A DNA stretch of 63,070 bases, the filler included, from Neolecta irregularis DAH-3 (taxonomy: Eukaryota), in NCBI GenBank assembly GCA_001929475.1. It is 9 parts of 9 records of this genome, joined end to end, with 100 filler letters (N's around TTAATTAATTAA, not from the genome) between each part and the next. Parts side by side here need not be neighbours in the genome. Positions count along the whole stretch, not along the records: positions 26,557 to 38,431 come from LXFE01004014.1; positions 38,532 to 43,938 come from LXFE01000508.1; 7 more parts are not named here. One strand, 5' to 3'. Shown piece after piece: positions 28,208 to 42,353 of the stretch. Numbering within the stretch: the stretch's first letter is position 1; each line of letters opens with the position of its first letter. A program made the translations under genes and the position numbers. The notes below the pieces were generated by a model. It made no database searches and was not told the DNA's origin. It was given only the letters and a program-made list of their open reading frames with translations.

Positions 28208-30034
28208 ATGAAGAATCCACTTGAAACTCTACGCCAGGATATTCCCAATATTCCATTCGACATTGGTTCTGAATTGGGCCGAGGAGCATTTGCATAGTAT
28301 TGCCCCATTCGAGACATCTCATTAACCGCTTCCAGTGTTAATTTGTGTCGCGATAATCATTCAGGAAGACTTCTCGCAGTGAAATTTATCAATAAACTGC
28401 AGGCTACAAAATCCCAAGGCGGTGTGTCGGTATTGTTTCGCTCAGGATATCAATTGACGTAATACAGATGAAGCAAATTGCATGTGAAGTAGCTCTACAT
28501 CAATTATGCGGGGATCATGATAACGTCGTATCTTTTATTGGGACCGATGAGGGAAATATCTGGAGATGGATTGCGATGGAATACGCCGAAGGTGGGGATT
28601 TATTCGACAAGATTGGTATGCCAACGGGGATTTGCATTCGATACTCATCACCAGAACCGGACGTGGGCGTTGATAATGAGATTGCGCAATTTTACTTTGT
28701 TCAATTAGTCAACGGAGTGGTACCAATTGGCCTTCAAAGAACCCGCTCATTGTCAGAGGTATCTACATGAGAAAGGTGTTTCACATAGGGGTACATTTGA
28801 TTGATCAGAGTGTGAATATTTATGGGAAAGACATCAAGCCGGAAAATATCCTATTAGATGCGAATGGAAACCTAAAAATTGCAGACTTTGGGCTCGCGTC
28901 GTTGTATCGATTGAAAGGTAAAGAACGCCTTTTACACGAAGTTTGTGGAAGCCCACCATACGTGGCACCAGAAGTAATTCTCGAATCAACAATGCCTTGA
29001 TGTTAATGTTAGATTGTTATGAAATATTCTGGATCGCTAGTTGATACCTGGTCCTGTGGAATAGTTTTATTCGTTCTTCTTCTCGGAAATACACCATGGG
29101 ACGAACCGACAGAACGGTCGAGAGAATTCGTTCACTTTGCACAACACTTCCACAATCTGGATTTTGAACCATGGAATAGACTTGAACCATCTGCTTTGTG
29201 TATGTGTTGCGTTTGAATTTTTTTTAAACAATTAGCTCTGATTCAGAGTCTTCTTACGATCGATCCTAATAATCGAATTTGCCTCGATAAATCCCTTCAA
29301 CATTCATGGGTCAATCGCCCAAATCAGTTTCTGGGAACTTCAGGTCAATGCCGAGACCCCATAACTCTAGCTACTTCCCTCATGGCAAAGATGAAGGTCG
29401 ATCTATTCAATTCGTTTTCCGATGAAATATCTGAAAATAAGGAATTAGGGTTTATTCTCTTCCATTTCTAAAGTGACAATTGTAGTACTGTCTTCAGTCA
29501 GCCTGAACTACAGACCCGAGAAGTAGAGTTTTTGGTAATACCTCGCTTTATTTCCGCTTCACAGCCTACTTGCGTTGACATTGATACATTGACCTCCCTA
29601 TCAGAAGATCCATGTCAATCGCAATTTTCCGGAACTCCGGGTGTACCCGAATCTTTGACCCAGCGAGCGCAAAAGTTCCAGGACGTCTGTCCGTCGGAAA
29701 GACTTACTCGTTTCCATTCACTCCTTCCGTCACAAGAGCTCATCATTATCGTCTTGGAAATCCTTCAGGCAATGAGAGTGTCTGTCTTGCAGTCCGATGC
29801 CCTTCGTGTGAAATTGATGGATCGAAGAAAATGTCCATTACACGGGGAAATATGCATCGTCGGAATAGGCAAGAATGTGAATTGCGTCAAATTCGTGAAA
29901 AGGAAAGGCGATCCTCTGGAGTGGAGACGATTTTTCAAGGTATCATTTTTATTCGTCCCTTGTGTCTGACCATTCACTAATATTTTTCAAAGATTGTCTG
30001 TGTAAAATGCAAAGATTGCATCTTTACCGGTTAA
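28208..30034 (+). CDS. CHK1: Checkpoint Ser/Thr kinase Chk1, multi-exon
   Basis: [77 protein letters not shown]-terminal RLTRFHS and [12 protein letters not shown]. Confidence 0.95.
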
Positions 30035-30440
30035 CTTTATGACAGATAACCAAGGTCGAAGATTTTACATTTTCTTAAGGAGTTTCAGGTTTGCATGATA
30101 ATTACTCCAAGTTTCTTTTCGAATTTGCATTATAATTCTATTCCATACGGGGAATTCGTTGAATGTTTCATGGGAAGCGATCAATTATAACTCTTCATTC
30201 GACTTTAGATATTGGTTTCACGAGACGCGATATTTTGATCTGTGTAGTAGTCATTCTCAGGAGTATCATTCAACTGATCAGGTTGCTGTAGTTGTCATAA
30301 TTCCATTCCTAGTATATGTTGGGATGCGATACACAAAATGCAACAATTCTTTTTGCTCTACAAGATGCGTAGAATAGAACAGCAAAGACTGAACTGCCAA
30401 TGTTTCAGAAAATCTCCTTCGTCCACTAAGCCCTTGATAA

Positions 30441-33400
30441 CTACCAGTTTACAGGGCCGAATGTCTGCCCCGGTTCCACTGTTTTTAGAGGACAGCGGAG
30501 ATAATCACAGGTCTTAATGTTAGCAAGAGATCAAAATATGAAGTTTACGGTCTTGTAATATTCGGTACCCCGCCAACTAATTCTAGTCGAATATCCAGGA
30601 TTGACTACAGCAAAGAAGATGATGATAGCCGCCAGAGCAACACTAGAATCTAGTGCAGCAGACAGAACAAAGTTATATTTACTCCACCATGGCAAATATC
30701 GTCTGCGAAGGAAAAAATTAGATACAAATCCAACAAACGCCCATGTAGAATAGTTCACGCCTGTTGCAGCAGGGATGAATGACTCTAATCAGTTTCGAAA
30801 TTATTAAGCGAAACATACCAATCCCGCAAACATGACTGGCACATTGACATGTTTCCAGGCGCTAGTAGGATATCGCTTCGTCATGAAGTAGGTGATACAC
30901 GGCAGAACAGCTCCGATTAAGAGGAACCAAACGACGTGCTTATAAACTTTCATCAGGGCTCTATGTGGACCAACTAGTCCCCAACGCAGGTTAGTTAGTG
31001 AATAAGATGAATGTACCAAATGATTGACCCATTGAAATGAATTTTTGCGTATGGACATGTAAACCCATCTTCTGCGGTCAACGTACACATCCCATCGATA
31101 TTATGAAACAGCCAGTTCAACACCCCAATTTGCACGAACGCACCAATAATCGTGCCGATGAACTGAACCGTGAACATAGTTCGAGGTGGAATCTTCATAT
31201 AGTGACCGAGTTTGAGATCTCCAGCAAAGGTCATTCCTTGAGTAGTTGAGATATACCCGTAAGTGACCATCAGGTTGTTGGCGACCGGATGTCCCGGGAA
31301 CATGTAACCAGCAATTATTTGACAGACCAGAAAGATCGAAGGGGTGGTATTGGTGATTGCGGTGATGATTCCAACCGGAACGAACATCACTCCAGCAATG
31401 ATTATAATCACTGTCAACCCGTACCATCGCATTTGTGTGTGGTAGCTTGAATATGAGTCGGGTATCACACTAGATACATACTATTCAAGCGTAAAGATTG
31501 ACGCAGTCAAGCAGACAATGAAGGTCGCGGCATACCACCAATGAGGTACCTCCTTGTATCGTTGCATCAGTTTGAAATGAATGTCGTCAATTTCAGAGAG
31601 ACTGGATTTCCATTGACGAACGATCTAGACATCAGTACGCCGATTTTGTCAGAGATACCTGATGTCTATAGTATAGAAAAACATGGGTAATAAGACTAAC
31701 GATACCACCAAAAGAAATGGCATATGTCAGAGCGTATGATGGTGGCAGCATAATCTTTCAACATCAGCTAGGGATATACTGAACTATCTTACCGGGCTAT
31801 ATTGTTTAAATGCTGTCAAATTGAAAGAATAATCGGAATTAACAATGCGGGTAACATTGTATGGAGCACCAGTGTTATCGAAGAGGCTAATTTTGTGAAT
31901 GCATAGACAATTCAGTCGTACCTCGACGAATAAAGTGGCATATATTGACCCCACCAAGTGTTTGTATAGTAGAGTGATGGCAGAATAATCCAAACCATCA
32001 AGATGAAAGCCCCGAAATAGTTCGCTTGAGCGAACCACGGAAACATGAGAGGAGACCCCATGAAAGCAATCTGCGACCAGTTAAGAGTGAAGGGAAAGCT
32101 AATCTCAGTCGTAGATTTTGCATCCCAACATACATTCCGAGCCCAGAAATCTCTCCGAAAGCTTGATTGAGTGGGATGTTTTTAGGTGCACACCATGCGA
32201 TCCTGATAGTGNNNNNNNNNNCGAAATCTCTCCGAAAGCTTGATTGAGTGGGATGTTTTTAGGTGCACACCATGCGATCCTGATAGTGGGTTTTTCTCCC
32301 ATTGCAAGTTTCATACCAAGCACCGATATATGTGAGGGCGGGGAATATCAAACCAGGAAGCCTTCCATAAGGGGTTGTAGGGAATATAGGGATTTACCAA
32401 TACCATACAAACGAGATTCCCTAAAAGCCTTAGTGAAATTAACACTGACGAGCATACGTACAAAAACAATGCAGAAGAATCGATATTTTGTGGTCTTCCA
32501 TCCATTGGCAACATCATTATCGTTCGAATGAAGCGTTTGGAACAAGGTAGTAGTAATAAGCGTTTTTGGCCAAATCGGTTCTGTTAGCTCATTCTGGAAT
32601 CTAGAATACCATTGAGGATGGGTATACGAGCCATTTACGAGACAGGCCAGCAAAAGAATATCCGAAAATCTGTAGATAAATATTACGTCATAAGATACGG
32701 GGGTTACCTGGGTAGTTAAAGTTAGTAATATTTGATAGCCAATGCTGATATCCTGTCCAAGGAATTTGACCTGTTCGGTCAGGATGTCGGTTGAATAAGC
32801 AAAGCTCAAGGTCAGTAAAGGGAAAAGCTGGAAAAGCACAAGAATGAGACGTTGGACATGACGAAGATACAGGTGTGTTCCTTGACATTGAATGGACAAG
32901 GGTTCAGAGACCATCTAGCCCCGAAGGCTACGAATACATGAGAGGGCATGATGCGTTCCCACGCTCGACCAAGAGGGAAAGCGAGAAGTTGAGCAATGAC
33001 AGCTGTAATGGTAACCGATGGATAACGCAAAGAGAAGAAAAGATTCGATCCAGAACCTAGTATTGCGAAAAGAATGGCCAAGGTCCACATTCGGACTGCT
33101 ATTCATATTAACGAATTGCGTTCTTGGAGAGGCTATACTGTGAATTGGCAAAGTTGGGTCATCGGTATTCGGAACACTTGCTCGTACCTCTGGATAGGGA
33201 CTTCTAGTATAAATATTTCATCGAAAGAGAGAGAGCACCTGTCGTACTGGACGAGCTTTTCGAACTCATGGGACCGCTTTTGATCCTTTGGGACTTCATC
33301 GCAGTTGGTATTCCATTGATTGGGAAAGTTTGGGTCCAAAAGATGATTATGAGCAATCTCATTCACATCCATTCTTTTGCGTTCCTTCTTTTGTGCGGTT

Positions 33401-33459
33401 TTTGATATTACCGTACCTATTATATAGGAGGACCCAGAATCCGTAGGGTTATGAGACAT
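30441..33459 (-). CDS. OPT-family oligopeptide transporter (Isp4/Opt-like), multi-exon
   Basis: RMWTLAILFAILGSGSNLFFSLRYPS; LNPCPFNVKEH; YKEVPHWWY; DLKLGHYMKIPPRTMF; WWSKYNFVLSAALDS. Confidence 0.94.
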
Positions 33460-34420
33460 GGTCGTATATAAATCTTCCTAGGAAGAGCCGACGCTACTCT
33501 GCAAACTATACTCGACAGGCCAGGGTCATATGAGCGTTGAACATTGTTATCAGACAAAGAAGTGTGCCGAGTTACCTATTTTGTACAATTGCTTTACCAC
33601 ATAGAGAAATTCAGATGGTGCCCGCCATTAGGTTCATAGTTTGTGGCATTTGATTGAAAACTCGTGAAATCTTCCGACATCCTTGGTAGTAGTATTGTTC
33701 CTGTCTTCTTTATAGTAAGGTAATTTCACGAAATTTACGGGTTGTCTACTCATTTGTCAGTTTTAACCTGCTTTCTGTATCTATATCAAAGGTACAGTAG
33801 TCCTGTGGACCATGAGACCATTTCAAGAGCATGTCAATTATGCAATCGCATAGAGTTACCCAAATCACACAATAACAAATAGCTCGGACTTACGGCTTCC
33901 TTGTCGTTGATCACTTTCCAATACGACATAATCTAGAATGTACCTGGGCACTGAGGTTGACTTGCCTATTGGTCCGATTTAAAACAATTTGGGGTTTCTG
34001 TGTAGCATGCATCCTTAAAGGCACATGCGCAACACCTTTCCTGTCGTATACTACTAGACTCAAGCACCTTGAATCCGTTCATGTTCTTTCCTTGTCCGAG
34101 ATTCAGGAATCAATGAGAACACACTCGCTAGTCCTCCTGCAAAACATAGTCATGTGCTTGCACTTCGCAGTCTAGAATTGGTGCTGTTACTTTGTATAAA
34201 TGATCTCATTTTCATCTTGGCACAAAGCGGCATTCGATTTAGATCACAGATCACACGAGTGGGTTGAGAGCATACTCTTGTCCACATTCCCTGGAAGGGC
34301 ATAGCAAGCAGAAGGAAAAATACAGGTATCTACAGGGCTTTGACTGCGAAATCACCGTTTATTTGTACATCTATGATGCGAAACATGGAAAAATTATTTG
34401 CGTTGGTAAAAGCTCAATAC

Positions 34421-35745
<1,325 letters not shown>

Positions 35746-35997
35746 CTTCAAGTACAAAAGCGGTAATGTGAAAGGGTTGCACGTCAAGAATTTTTCTTTC
35801 CACGATTCAAGTTCGGGCTGAGACACCTGCAAAATATAGGACTGGTAAAACATCATAATGATACAAAGTGGAAAAATCTAATAATACTGCGGAAGTGTCC
35901 GAGTAAAAATTGAATTTCGGATCCTCGATACGAAGACTGGGTTTTACCTTATTTAATATAGCTTCGTCTTTCAAAAGTTACCGCGCGAATCTCCAGA

Positions 35998-37335
35998 TCA
36001 GACATGCTGCTTCTTAATTATACTTCCAACAATTTCCATCCCTCGAATAGCCATGATACTTAAAAGAGAATCTGCCAACCCATGGGTCGATTCATTACAT
36101 CCTTGAAGCCAAATTCCAAAATCGATTGTAGACTTGGTCTTGACTCGATAATCTCGAGTAACAGGGAAACCAGGTTCGAAGAATTCTTCGAATGAAGATA
36201 GAAGGATTTGGTGAAAATTCCTAGTATAACCGGTCGCGAGGAAAACGTGATCAAGCGAGAGATCAGTGGTGATGAGAGAATCAACGTGTTCTAAGGTGAT
36301 TGATACTGAATAATCTGAGACGGAGACACTTTTGACTTGTTGAAGATTTAAAATTTTATTTACTTCTTTGTGTCCAGGAAGTTTCTGTGAAGAATATTAG
36401 ACAAGTTCCAGAGTAACAGCATGCACACCTGTTTATACAAGTGTGAATATATGTCATTCAATAAGCTCTCACGAACGACGCCATAGTTTGTCGCACGATC
36501 TTCTTGGATTCGAGCTTGCCGCTTCTCAGCGGGTAGTTTATAAAGGTCATCAACACGATCGGGGTTAAAGATTTCGTTGACAAAAGGCGAATCGTCGCTT
36601 GGCTTCAGGGCAGCATTTCGTATAATAAGAAAAATTTCTGATGACGGATACCGCATGCACAGATCTTGAAAAACTTCCGCGGCAGATTGTCCTGAACCGA
36701 TGACTGCTATTCGATTGCTTGATTGGAGAGAAGTGTAGTTATACTCCGACGAATGTGAGATCCTGCGGTGCGAAGGAAAAATCTTGGGGATGAAAGCTTG
36801 CCCCCCAGTTGAGATAATAACATTCGTCGTAATTCGTCGATGTGCTATCCCAGCCGAGAGGCTTCGAGACATTACAGCGATTTTGTTTACCGGACCTCCT
36901 ATAACAGGTTCTAAAGCAACAACCTCTTCTCCATAACGCACATCCTCCTCAAAAGCCTTAGCGACCCAAGACATGTAATCATTGTACTCCTCGCGGTACG
37001 GGAGGAAAGTTCCGAGGTTTAGGAAGTCCAATAAACGATTATTGACATGAAGGTAGTTGATGAAAGTAAATTTGCTAGTGGGGTCGCGAATGGTAGCAAA
37101 ATCTTTCAGGAACGAGATTTGCATCTTCGTATTCGGTAAGAGCATCCCTGTATGCCAAGTGAAGCTCTTTTGCTTCTCAATAAATACAACTCGGAGGCTA
37201 CTACGACTGTCATTCAGAGCTACTGCGATTGAAAGAGCCGCAGGTCCTTAACCAGGTCAACCACTTTATTTACAAAGCAAAGACCTCACCAAACCCGACG
37301 CAAATAACATCGTACTCTTGCGTTTCAATGACCAT
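35998..37335 (-). CDS. sidA: L-ornithine N5-monooxygenase (siderophore biosynthesis, SidA/Sib2)
   Basis: [113 protein letters not shown]. Confidence 0.96.
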
Positions 37336-37895
37336 GATATGATTAGGTGGAAGCGGGAATTACAGTAATGACAGCATTCCGATATCGTTAGCATATACGT
37401 GGATTACCTTCGTAAATTCTGACGCCACCCTGTAACTGAAACCTTGCGCATGGTGGCACGAGGAACATCTCGTGTTTATGACCAATGATAACGGCAAAGT
37501 CAACTTAGTTAGCAATCTTTACAGGAATGGAATGGAAGGCTGCATTTGGTTTTCGACAATAAATAAGAAATCATGAGTGGTAAAGGAAAAAAACACACTT
37601 TATCCACGAATAACCAAAAGAAAAACCATCAAGGCTGCAGTCTGAACGGATGAGGCTCCGTAGAGGAAGGAGCCAATAGGCAGCAGCGCAGCGCGCCTCA
37701 AGGAATTACTATATAAGTAGGTCCACGTCTGGCTAGCAGAGAGACTTTAACCGTGTAAATTGATTATAAACGTAGTTAGTTACCTTTACTCAAAGTAACT
37801 GCCGCCCGATCAACATACCAACCTAATTCCACGAGCGACAAAAAGGAACACCTGAACGCTCACAACCTCCCGCATTCAGGAAAAAGATTCTGAAG

Positions 37896-38089
37896 CAGTG
37901 TTGGGGACGGGCCATGGGCTTAGCCCGGCCCATTTAAGCCCATGGACCCAGTTGTTGGCGATGGGCCAAAGCCCGGACCATGGGTTTTTTTGGAGGGTTT
38001 GGCCCGGACCATGGGTTTTTTCCTGGACTGGCCCATGGGCTAGGATGGGCTTTTTTCTGGCCACAGCTCATGGCCTATCCACAACACTG
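37896..38089. mobile_element. hAT-like MITE (194 bp) with 25-bp imperfect TIRs and internal CCCATGGG-type repeats
   Basis: Left cagtgttggggacgggccatgggct versus reverse complement of right end cagtgttgtggataggccatgagct; no intact 8-bp TSD seen. Confidence 0.8.
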
Positions 38090-38249
38090 GGCCACCTTGA
38101 TAGGATAATACTATTTATATCCAATATTGCTTCTATTTATATCATATATTAATGCTATGAGATGGGCAGGAAAGGCAAGTGAGGCAAAGTTTATATTGTT
38201 GCCAACACAAGGTATATAAATATAACCCTATATTATATTATAGTCAGGT

Positions 38250-38431
38250 AGGTGAGAGGCGGACAAGGGGAGCGAGGCGGGCTGGCGGGACAGGCAGGTC
38301 AGGCAGGACTGGCGGGCAGTCGGGACGGGCGGGACGGGCGAGACGGGCGGGAGGGAAGGGAGGGAAGGGAGGGAAGGGAAGGAGGCAGGGGTGGGACGGG
38401 TGGGACGGACGAGGCAGGTGAGGCAGGGGGG
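38250..38431 (+). repeat. G/purine-rich low-complexity repeat (GGCAG, GGGAC, GGGAA units) at scaffold end
   Basis: gggacgggcg and gggaaggga iterations up to the gap. Confidence 0.8.
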
Positions 38432-38531
38432 NNNNNNNNNNNNNNNNNNNNNNNNNNNNNNNNNNNNNNNNNNNNTTAATTAATTAANNNNNNNNNNNNN
38501 NNNNNNNNNNNNNNNNNNNNNNNNNNNNNNN

Positions 38532-39727
38532 CAGACTTTAATATTACGAAAAGCTCGCGCGTTGGCTGAAGAATTTGATAATGTAACCGCCCAAGTCTCT
38601 TCTGCAACAGGCTTTTCAGACACCATTGCTTCCCAAAATAAACGACTTGTTTTTCTCGAACCAATCGCCAAGAATCTACGAGAATACGATAACCTACAAA
38701 ATGTACGAATTACTTTTTCCTGCTGATTTCGTAAAGAATTTAGACGAGTTGCGGCATATTTGCCTTTCAAAGGATTTAGATTTAAAAAGGATGGCTGAAG
38801 AAGAATGTAGGCCTGTTTTACAAAAACTGGATGATTTGTTTTCCGGGTTAACAGCGAGTTTGTTGCCGAGATCGCCTCATGAGGATTTTCCTGCGTTGAT
38901 AGAAATACGGACTGGTATCGGGGGTGATGAAGCTGCGTTGTTTGCGGGCGATTTATACCGGATGTATGAGAGATATGCGGCTACTAAAGGATGGTCGTTT
39001 AAACCGCTGAGTGTCTCGACGACTGAAGGGGATGGCTTGAACGAGGGCATTGTGAGTATCAAGGGACCCGGCGCATATGGCCGACTAGCAATGGAAGCAG
39101 GAGTCCATAGAGTCCAGCGTACACCGGCTACTGAAACTAAAGGGCGTACGCACACGAGCACGGCAAGCGTGAATGTATTTCCAGAGATCGAAGAGGGGAA
39201 TTCGCATGAATTGAATGTCGCTGATCTCAAGATCGAGGTGATGAGATCTAGAGGAGCAGGTGGACAACACGTCAACAAGACAGAATCGGCAGTCAGAATT
39301 ACTCATATACCTACTGGAATCAACGTGTCAATGCAAGACTCGAGATCTCAACACCAGGTTGGATTCGGGTTTTTATGCTAGCTGACTCTAGAATCGGCTC
39401 AAGGCAATGCTCATTTTGCGGTCACGCTTAGCAGCTCGGCAAAAGATTCAACACCAACAAGAGCAGCGCGCCCAACGACGGCAACAAGTGACTTCCACTG
39501 AACGATCAGACAAGATAAGGACATACAATTACCCACAGGTAGCGTCTATATACACAAATATTGACAATCAGAATCGCGTGACCGATCATCGTTGTGGTTT
39601 TAGTCTGTACGACTTGACGGGGCTCATGCAAGGGATTTCACTAGATATTCTGATCGATCAAGTTCAGAAATGGACTAGAGCGAACGAGTTGGACAATCTC
39701 ATAAAATATGACGTGCAGTCTGCCTGA
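38532..39727 (+). CDS. MRF1: Mitochondrial peptide chain release factor 1, multi-exon, 5' truncated
   Basis: IEIRTGIGGDEAALFA; EAGVHRVQRTPATETKGRTHTSTASV; RSRGAGGQHVNKTESAVRITHIPTG; RSDKIRTYNYPQ|NRVTDHR. Confidence 0.95.
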
Positions 39728-39733
39728 AAATTC

Positions 39734-41972
39734 TTATTTTTCAATCGACTGTCCTAACCGTGCCAACTCTTCAAGGAATCCATTCGGCGACAGAATATCT
39801 GTACTGCCATAGACGACTCGTTTCTTGACAGGTTGCCTATTGGCCCATTCCTGTAAATTGCCATACTCAATGTAATTGCCACCGCCAATCATGAAAACAA
39901 TGGCTTCAGATGCGCTGATCCGCTTATTTCGCGGCTGAGCATTTCGGGGTGAACGGGGATCCAGCATGAGATAATCATCCGTTTTCGAGTTTGGCGTCGA
40001 ATCAATGAGCGATTCCACAATTTTGGTAACTGTCAAATCCTTTCGAGACGGAAGCAGATTCTTGACCCCGGAAATCAGATTATCAAATGATCCGCCCAGA
40101 GCTCCGTCTTTAAGTCGATCAGTGAGCTTATTGTTAGCGTTTCCAATGAAAAAAAATATACCCGAGTACTTAGGGAACTCCCAATCGAACTAAACCCCCG
40201 CAGCAGATCGCCGCCGGCACCGCCTTGAGGCTGTGAAGGCGCCGAAACCATCATTGTCATCCGTGTAAGCTCTCGAACACTAATATCAGCCAGAAAAGCA
40301 TTTCAAGTGTACCGTTTGACAAATCGAAGAGCTGCTAAATCACAACCTGCATGCAGCAACACCCTCTCGTATTCATTCATGTCCTCTTGACCAATATCTT
40401 CGGCAGTCAAATAATAAATAATAAAAGCTCTCAGTTTGTCTTGAGAGTTTTTCCGCTCAGTCTCACTTAGGGCTTGTAATACAAGTGCTTTAGTTTGCCT
40501 TGTAATTTGCTCCTCCATCTGAAAGAAATTATCCAACCCGCGGTCTTTAATGCCTTGTAAGAGTGCCGTAGCGATATTCATGTGCATGTCGAGCGTTTGC
40601 TTTCGACTGGTAAGTTCTGGCAGCGCTGTTATTGCCGTTTTTAGATGCTGCGCGTTGGAACCAATGTCAATATGAATGTCCTCGAGCGATGCAACGCCGC
40701 TCATACGGGTTATATCCGCAGCGTCTGATTTATAGCGGGATAACTCTGCGTCAATGTTCTCAGCAACTTGAGGAAATGGGTTCGCGGCATTCTTTGACCA
40801 AAAGAAGTCGTGGGTGTCTAGATCGTAAGATCTCTTGGTAACTTTGCCACTATCCTTTAGCTAGGACTTTAGTCAACTCTGGCCGTAGTGAACAAACCTC
40901 GACAGTGATTCGATTTAGTTTCATCTGCAAAACATCATGAACCAAGGCCTGATATGTCCAAGAATGTGACAGCATGGGAACGAGATCGATATTGCGATCG
41001 AGGATTATAAGCACTGGGTTTTAGTTTTGATATGGTACCGAGACGAACCGGGGCGCTGGTATGACGAAGGGACGTGACCTGTCGTGTTCCTCGTATTATG
41101 AATATGATCCCGTAACTTTTGGTCGAGCTTTCGAGCAACTGCTTCTGCAGCATTACCAAGGGGACATCTGATAAAAGGTATTGTTCCTAATGTCAGAGCA
41201 GTGGCTGCAGCGTTATACCTAGGGTAACCACTACTGAAAACAACCCGCTAACAATCTGATCAATGATAGCACCAATAGACATTTCTGTCGCAGTATGGCT
41301 GTTGAGCAAATGATATGCATCGTTTAAACTGAGACTAAACAGGTCCGGTTCAGTTACAACAAAATTGAGATATTGATCGTAAACTTGAACGATCTTTTCG
41401 GAGCTGTTTGTATTCGCTACCATAGCGGCGAAATCTTCGAGAAGGGTGCGTGCTATTGAAGAAGTGTAATTTATGTAAATCATTTCATATAGTCCACGTT
41501 CAAGGTCCTACATTTAGTCGACACCACATTACGTTGCTCACCTCGCAGATAATTTTTAAATTTTCGAGCGTAGGCTGCACAAAATATACAGCGGGCACAT
41601 CAGCAATCGGCTGCCTATCTGCTTTTATCTGCCTAGAAACTTTAAAACAAGATATAACTGGACGCATGCATGTGCACTGTAATTCCGTTTTCCCGGAGAT
41701 CATTTACACGAAGTAAGGAAGAAATGATATCTTGGCCCATTCGATCAAAGATTAAGACCTTCCAGACAGGATCCCCCTCGGCTTCTGGTAGGAGTAACTC
41801 GTTCTGTTTCGACGGTATCGAGGTCAACGTGATTGTCGTTTTCTGAGAGTTTAGGTTCAAGAGTTTCTCGAGAGCCGCTGCAGAATAAGAAGAGAATGCT
41901 GTTGATGCAATCACCCTTCTGACAGTCCCTTAGCGAAAGACCGACTGGTGTAGCATGCGAAGCCATAGACAT
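39734..41972 (-). CDS. SLY1: Sec1/Munc18-family protein Sly1, multi-exon
   Basis: [95 protein letters not shown]. Confidence 0.96.
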
Positions 41973-42353
41973 GCTCTGATGGATTATGGGTGGATTTGCC
42001 TATTTAGGGCAGTGCATAATTTACACGTGTGCAAATTAAGGGCCAATAGAGCCGGTCAGACTGACGACACGACTCCGCTCCTCTCGTTCCTCAACTCGTT
42101 TGTGCTGTAGCAAACTGCTCCTGCCTGTCCTTCTCCCAGCTGTGTGCCCCACCCTTTGATCCGTATCTGTCTCTCATCTTGCTGGGGTTTTGTAATCGAG
42201 AGGATATTAGTGGTTGCGGTCTGGAAGTTTTCTGCAGTTGACTCTGAAAAAGCCCTGTTTTATAGTTCGTGAATACAATCTCTAAGAGATTGTGTGGTTT
42301 AAGGGCAGCATAGGCTTTCTTGGGATTCTAGAAGCAAAACACGAAGGCGCGAA

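Noticed and set aside
37876-38479. ORFs with PW/GP-rich and G/R-rich translations
   Set aside because: Translations of the MITE and the G-rich simple repeat
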